The notes under the pieces were generated by a model. It was given only the letters and a program-made list of their open reading frames with translations, was not told where the DNA came from and searched no databases. Below are positions 60,669 through 64,000 of a stretch of 64,000 nt of DNA, piece by piece. The stretch covers positions 1 through 64,000 of the forward strand of contig NKIB01013019.1 of NCBI GenBank assembly GCA_002256025.1, given 5' to 3'. This DNA comes from Asterionella formosa (lineage: Eukaryota). The number at the start of each line of letters is the position of its first letter. Position 1 is the stretch's first letter. A program made the translations under genes and the position numbers.

Positions 60669-61838
60669 ATGAATTACGCCACCATGAAGTGCAGCTCCCT
60701 TCCATCCACCTCCAACGGCCAGCCAATTGATGTTCTCTCCAAGAAGCAGGAATCTCTCGCCAGCGAAGAATGGCTGAAGGCCACGTGCGTCCTTGAAAAG
60801 AATCCGCCATTGATGACACCAACCATTCTGCTACTGGCACTTCATTCCAAACCACCTCTTTATGTCATAAATTTCATGCTCCACTTGAATCCTCAAGCAG
60901 CATCCATTCCCAAAAAGGGACCCACAGCACTGCAAATAGCCGTGATTCGTCATGCTGCACATGATGTTATTTGTCGATTGCTCAAGGCCTGCCCCTTTGC
61001 CCTTTTGGCTACAACGTGTGACTTGGCTGCGCCCTTGGAACTGGCCATGATGCACCGTCACCAGGAACCTGATTTGATTGGAATTTTGTCACAGCCGCTT
61101 GACTACTGGATGGAACAGTCCAAGCGCACTCAAAAAATTGTTCTGCCCAGCACCACAAAGCGGGGTGACCCACGAGAAATTGACAATATCAAGGTGATTG
61201 CAGCAACGATACTTCGAGCACAGAGGCGTCAGATGAACGCTTTGCAAGAACATAAGCGGGAGGTCGAAGAACAGCTGGGGGAATTCAAACCTTTAACACA
61301 GCAAGATGAAGCGGGAATCACTGCCAAGTTACTACAAGAAGTGGCTGATGCTCAACGCAAGCATTTCAAGACACAGCTGGTAGCACTCGACATGAAAGAG
61401 AGAGCAGTCAAAACCAAGTTTAAACAGATGGAGCGTCGGCTTGTCTCGCGCTTGGAGGAGACTCGCAGAGTGAATGCGCAACAAGAGCAGAAGACCAATA
61501 CATCAATCAAATCCTTGGAAGAAACGTTGAAAAGTTTTGACGCCATGGTGACGAATTGGCGGAATCAGACAGAAGTAAAACTGGAAGCAATTCAATCACA
61601 TGTTATTCAAGAGTCCAAAGTCAATGCACACTTTCGCAATGACACACGACTTCAGTTAGATCAAATGTTTGCATTGGAACACAATGACGGTGATGGCTTA
61701 TATATTGCTGAAGAACCGATTGTTTATTCAACACCGTATGATTCAGCAATGGAATGCGCATGCGAGGACAAGGAACCTATGCTACCCAAGATGGCGGCAT
61801 TACAAGAGCGACGGAAAAAGGCTTGGTTTGGATGCTAG
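60669..61838 (+). CDS. Hypothetical protein with an ankyrin-like N-terminal region and a long coiled coil
   Basis: Intact ORF. LLLALHSKPP...NPQAASIP...TALQIAVIRHA...LLKACPFAL resembles degenerate ankyrin repeats. Q/E/K-rich helical C-half. First ATG at 60669. Confidence 0.7.
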   Translation: MNYATMKCSSLPSTSNGQPIDVLSKKQESLASEEWLKATCVLEKNPPLMTPTILLLALHSKPPLYVINFMLHLNPQAASIPKKGPTALQIAVIRHAAHDVICRLLKACPFALLATTCDLAAPLELAMMHRHQEPDLIGILSQPLDYWMEQSKRTQKIVLPSTTKRGDPREIDNIKVIAATILRAQRRQMNALQEHKREVEEQLGEFKPLTQQDEAGITAKLLQEVADAQRKHFKTQLVALDMKERAVKTKFKQMERRLVSRLEETRRVNAQQEQKTNTSIKSLEETLKSFDAMVTNWRNQTEVKLEAIQSHVIQESKVNAHFRNDTRLQLDQMFALEHNDGDGLYIAEEPIVYSTPYDSAMECACEDKEPMLPKMAALQERRKKAWFGC

Positions 61839-61925
61839 ATGTTTCGAAACGGTGCTAGGGTCTTTGATCAGTATTTTGAGTCCTCGTTGTCGCTTCGACG
61901 AATCATTGATAAAGTCACGTGGTAG

Positions 61926-63026
61926 TCAAGTCGAAAAGAGTTCGTCTATTTTAGATTCAAAAAGATGGAACGGAAAGGACGATATAGTTCGATTCACAAT
62001 GGATTTCCGATTCTTAATATCCAAAATAGAAGTATAGGCATTCTTGTTTCGAAGTTGATTTGTGTCCGCGACTGGAACTTTGATATCATTTCTTCCAACA
62101 GCTTCTAGGTAGTCAAGATACTTAAATCGCCCTTCCGTTATGGATGTTGTGGTGTTATGAAACTGAAACCACATGGAAGGTATACCAAGGGCGTCGGCCA
62201 CAACAATGCCATGCAGTGATGACGATGCAACATAATCGCATTCTTGAGCCAGTATTTTAACAACAGGTCGCCATGGCTGAGCTGCAGACACACTTAAAAT
62301 ACCATCGGGAAGGGATTTTCGCGCTTGTTCAACGTCATGGAAGTGAGGAACAAAACAGAACCGATCGCCACCAGGCGCTCGAGTTCCTGTTGCGAATTCC
62401 GAGTCCATGAGAGGAACCAAAAAACCTGGATCGCCATGAGGTATTGAATGTTGTATTCCAAGGTTCTTTCGGAGCAGTTTCTCTGTTTTCGGCCCTCGAA
62501 CCGAGTAAACTTGAACTCCTGTGGCATAGCTATACTTTTCCTGCCAGTACGGATTGACTCCCGTGCCCCATACATGATCTCCGTGCTGTATCGAATGGAA
62601 AATACTCCCCAAAGTGAAAAGACACTTGATTCCTTGCTGGCGCCGTTGCCTGTCAATTTTCGGTTGAGCCACATCGAGTTTCAGCACGTTTGAAGTGCAG
62701 TGAAAGCGATCTTTAAGGACGAGATCCACGGCTGCTGGCCCAAGCTCATCTCCAAAATTTCCCCCGTATGCAAGAAAAAAACACAGTGCCATGCGATCAC
62801 TTTTGAACCGAACCGAACAGATGGTTTCCTCCCGCGAAGGTAAACGGTTATTCGTTGCCGAGCTATGCTCGACTTCCAAAGCGTCACCAAGGAGTGCAAT
62901 GAACAAAAGAACTGCCAGCAGAAGGATAGCGGCCTTTGTCGAGTATTTCAACTTCTTCAGTGCCCTCAGTGGTGCACGGTAATCTCGAAGACCTCTGCTG
63001 CTGACAATAAGTACATTTGGTTTCAT
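61926..63026 (-). CDS. Polysaccharide pyruvyl transferase family protein (ExoV-like), type II membrane protein
   Basis: Motifs NFGDELGP, LGSI, VWGTG, VRGP, HGDPG, VPHFHD, SSSLHGIVVADALGIP and FKYLDY. N-terminal TM helix AAILLLAVLLFIALLG. Confidence 0.85.
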   Translation of the reverse strand: MKPNVLIVSSRGLRDYRAPLRALKKLKYSTKAAILLLAVLLFIALLGDALEVEHSSATNNRLPSREETICSVRFKSDRMALCFFLAYGGNFGDELGPAAVDLVLKDRFHCTSNVLKLDVAQPKIDRQRRQQGIKCLFTLGSIFHSIQHGDHVWGTGVNPYWQEKYSYATGVQVYSVRGPKTEKLLRKNLGIQHSIPHGDPGFLVPLMDSEFATGTRAPGGDRFCFVPHFHDVEQARKSLPDGILSVSAAQPWRPVVKILAQECDYVASSSLHGIVVADALGIPSMWFQFHNTTTSITEGRFKYLDYLEAVGRNDIKVPVADTNQLRNKNAYTSILDIKNRKSIVNRTISSFPFHLFESKIDELFST

Positions 63027-63329
63027 TTGATCGGTGATTCAAGCTTTCGACAATGCATATGATTTCTGGTACTTTCGTTTTTGGCTGACTGTGAGAACTG
63101 GTGTCTTCCGATTCACCGGAGTACCTGGTATCTGGTACCTGGTACCTGGTACCAGGTACCAGGGTAGTTGTAAAAATAAAAGCGATGTTGCAGCAATTCC
63201 CGCTCCAGCTATCGTCTTGCCATTCGGGTACTTCTGAGTATTTTTTAGTCTCTAAGTAATTTCTTAAGTAATTTTTATTTAAGGGCAATATGGGGCACAT
63301 CGAATTTTTCGGCAATAAAATTGCCGATT

Positions 63330-63690
63330 TTAGCATGACAACCAGAAAAACGGTAAAATGCATAGAGATGGTACAACAAGCGTAAAACACACGAGAATGA
63401 TTGTAACATGCAATGATTGTAACATGTAACATCAACGAAAATTGAACATGATGTTTGGAGCAACCAAAGTATGAAATGCGATGTAATAAGTAGCATCAAA
63501 TGAGAAATAGAAAAAATTGTTTTGGGTTAGAAATGAAATAAAAAATAAGAGTTCCAATGGAGACGTATGCATTGTGAATCATTGCAGTACTTACACACCA
63601 GGCAACATTGACTTTCCATCACCATATACAATCGAAGACCGAAAGAAGAAGAAAAAAAGCTCAACCCAGTGTAGACCTGAATCGTTATTT
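63330..63690 (+). repeat. Dispersed repeat, copy of 18260-18500
   Basis: Shared blocks as described for 18260-18500. Confidence 0.7.
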
Positions 63691-64000
63691 AGCGTAAATG
63701 GTCTGGTTTCTGCAACCATGCGCATCGCTGTAGTAGCCTGACACTAGTAGCAGTTTTTCCGCCACATCATTCCTCTCCGCTGCCCACCAAACAAGCAACC
63801 CTGATCATTCCATTCTGAGCAAGCGTGATCGCCACGCTGCTCCAGAACTTTTGACTCTCTCTAGCTGAGTATTCGTCATGTAGCTTCTGATACGAACTCG
63901 TAGTAGAAATGTAGCAAAGCGCGTTAGTACAAGAAAAGCATTGCTTGGCGGCAATATTGACATCATTGTCAATGACTATACAAATCAACAACGGCACAAT

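Noticed and set aside
62884..63435. 183-aa minus-strand ORF upstream of the pyruvyltransferase
   Set aside because: Runs through the heptamer array and a dispersed repeat, out of frame with the real gene
1..64000. tRNA, rRNA, prokaryotic operons or viral hallmark genes
   Set aside because: None recognised by eye. A covariance-model search would be needed to exclude small ncRNAs

Overview
This is eukaryotic nuclear DNA, most likely from a diatom or a related stramenopile. The evidence is short GT-AG introns, a fibrillin with a bipartite signal+plastid-type N-terminus, HSF and helicase-associated-domain genes, and diatom-type Copia elements. Ten probable host genes sit as islands in mostly degenerate transposable-element sequence: an HSF, a 3-exon diacylglycerol kinase, a glycine-zipper protein, an EcKL/APH-like kinase, a DOT1-like methyltransferase, a membrane protein, a 3-exon PAP-fibrillin, an HA-domain protein, a coiled-coil protein and an ExoV-like pyruvyltransferase. 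The TE sequence comprises a Gypsy 3' end, a Plavaka-type transposase pseudogene, three Copia elements, LINE 3' fragments, Harbinger fragments, MITE-like elements and two diverged copies of a ~5 kb composite repeat. Highlights: (1) a full-length Copia (33316-38695, 258-bp LTRs, 5-bp TSD) has no tRNA primer-binding site. Instead the 15 nt at the 5' LTR boundary are perfectly complementary to the predicted first nucleotides of its own transcript, a Tf1-like self-priming signature. (2) A set of four 21-nt micro-exon-like units would splice into a coiled-coil heptad repeat. (3) A GTACCAG/CTGGTAC heptamer clusters upstream of most host genes. All family assignments come from motif recognition by eye, not from database searches.
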